Origin: Penicillus capitatus
Lineage: Eukaryota; Plantae; Chlorophyta
Length of the DNA: 64,000 nucleotides
NCBI GenBank assembly: GCA_965649825.1
Contig: OZ287698.1
Coordinates: 449,949 to 513,948, forward strand
Reading direction: 5' to 3'
The notes under the pieces were generated by a model, which saw only the letters and a program-made list of their open reading frames with translations, had not been told where the DNA came from and did not search any database. Shown piece by piece: positions 63,001-64,000 of the stretch. Within the stretch, counting starts at the first letter, position 1. The number at the start of each line of letters is the position of its first letter. Both the position numbers and the translations under genes were made by a program.

Positions 63001-63857
63001 ATGGGGTCGTCGAAGTACATCCAAGAGCTCTGGCGTAAAAAACAGAGCGACGTTTTGCGTTTTCTGTTGCGCATTCGTTGTTGGGAGTATCGCCAATGGC
63101 GCACGATCGAACGGGTGTCACAGCCGACGCGCCCAGAGAAGGCCCATCGTCTAGGCTACCGTGCGAAACAGGGTTACGTGATCTATCGTATCCGCGTGCG
63201 GCGCGGCGATCGCAAAAGGAAAGTGCCCAAAGTAAGCACGAACGAACATACACTGCGCCTCGTCGCATGCCACGTTTTGGCAATGCTCTCTGTCTGCAGC
63301 ACAGATTTTGGACTCGACCTGGCGAAATGGGCATAGGCGTGTTCCTAACACGCGTTGCGCCCTTTAGGGAATCGTCTATGGCAAACCGGTGAACCAAGGA
63401 GTCACGGCCATCAAGATGAAAAAGAATCTGAGAGCTATCGGCGAGCAACGTGTTGGGAAGAAACTCGGCGGATTGCGCGTCCTCAACTCCTACTGGATCA
63501 ACCAAGTGCACAACAGCGTCCATGACTCCGTTCATATGTCAAAGAGATTCGTGGCAGGATAACAAGTACAAATACTACGAGGTGATTCTCGTGGATCCTT
63601 TCCACGCTGCCATTCGCAACGTGAGTGCCTGTCTCGGGGGAGGAGAGGACTGACGTTGACGTTGTGAATGCTAGGATCCCAAAATCAATTGGATCTGCGA
63701 TCCAGTGCATAAACACCGCGAGCAGCGAGGATTGACATCTGCTGGACGGCAGCACCGTGGATTGCGCGGAAAGGGAGTGGGATATCACAAACTCCGACCT
63801 ACATGGAAGAAAGATTGGAAACGCAGAAACACGCTGAAACTGCGCAGATACCGGTAG
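63001..63857 (+). CDS. RPL15: 60S ribosomal protein eL15
   Basis: [64 protein letters not shown]. Confidence 0.98.
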
Positions 63858-64000
63858 ACAGTATCGCATTCAAAAGCGCACGTCCGTCTGCCATTAAACA
63901 AGAATGTTACCGTACGCTCTATGATGCAAAGACGCGATTGGCGAGAACGGTGTCTCGGCGCCACATCAAAGCGGTTAGTACGTGTGACGGTTGTTCGCCT

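Overview
Eukaryotic nuclear DNA from a green alga (Chlorophyta). The call rests on cytochrome c6A, MPH1, DEG1, AAE14/MenE, plant-type TAF1 and RR-TZF genes plus TGTAA poly(A)-type signals; the narrower lineage cannot be established. The genetic code is standard and most introns are about 45-60 nt. Bases 1 to about 7.2 kb hold the 3' part of an intact-looking Ty3/gypsy LTR retrotransposon inserted into the 111-bp HEAT-repeat array of a decayed NACHT (NLR-like) gene. From about 11 kb to the end there are about 37 housekeeping genes packed extremely tightly: overlapping convergent CDS ends, 50-130 nt bidirectional promoters and same-strand gaps of 3-60 nt. The best leads are: (1) a spliced COA6-family gene missed by the ORF track, lying 3 nt upstream of snRNP27 and free of internal ATGs, which fits a bicistronic mRNA, with TTC27 starting 17 nt further on; (2) two homologous alternative terminal exons in VTI1, giving a membrane-anchored or an anchor-less Qb-SNARE; (3) a highly iterated 9-mer GTCACATCA; (4) an unusually high number of GC-AG introns. 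All gene models were spliced by eye and coordinates span first to last coding base. No rRNA, tRNA or CRISPR array was seen.
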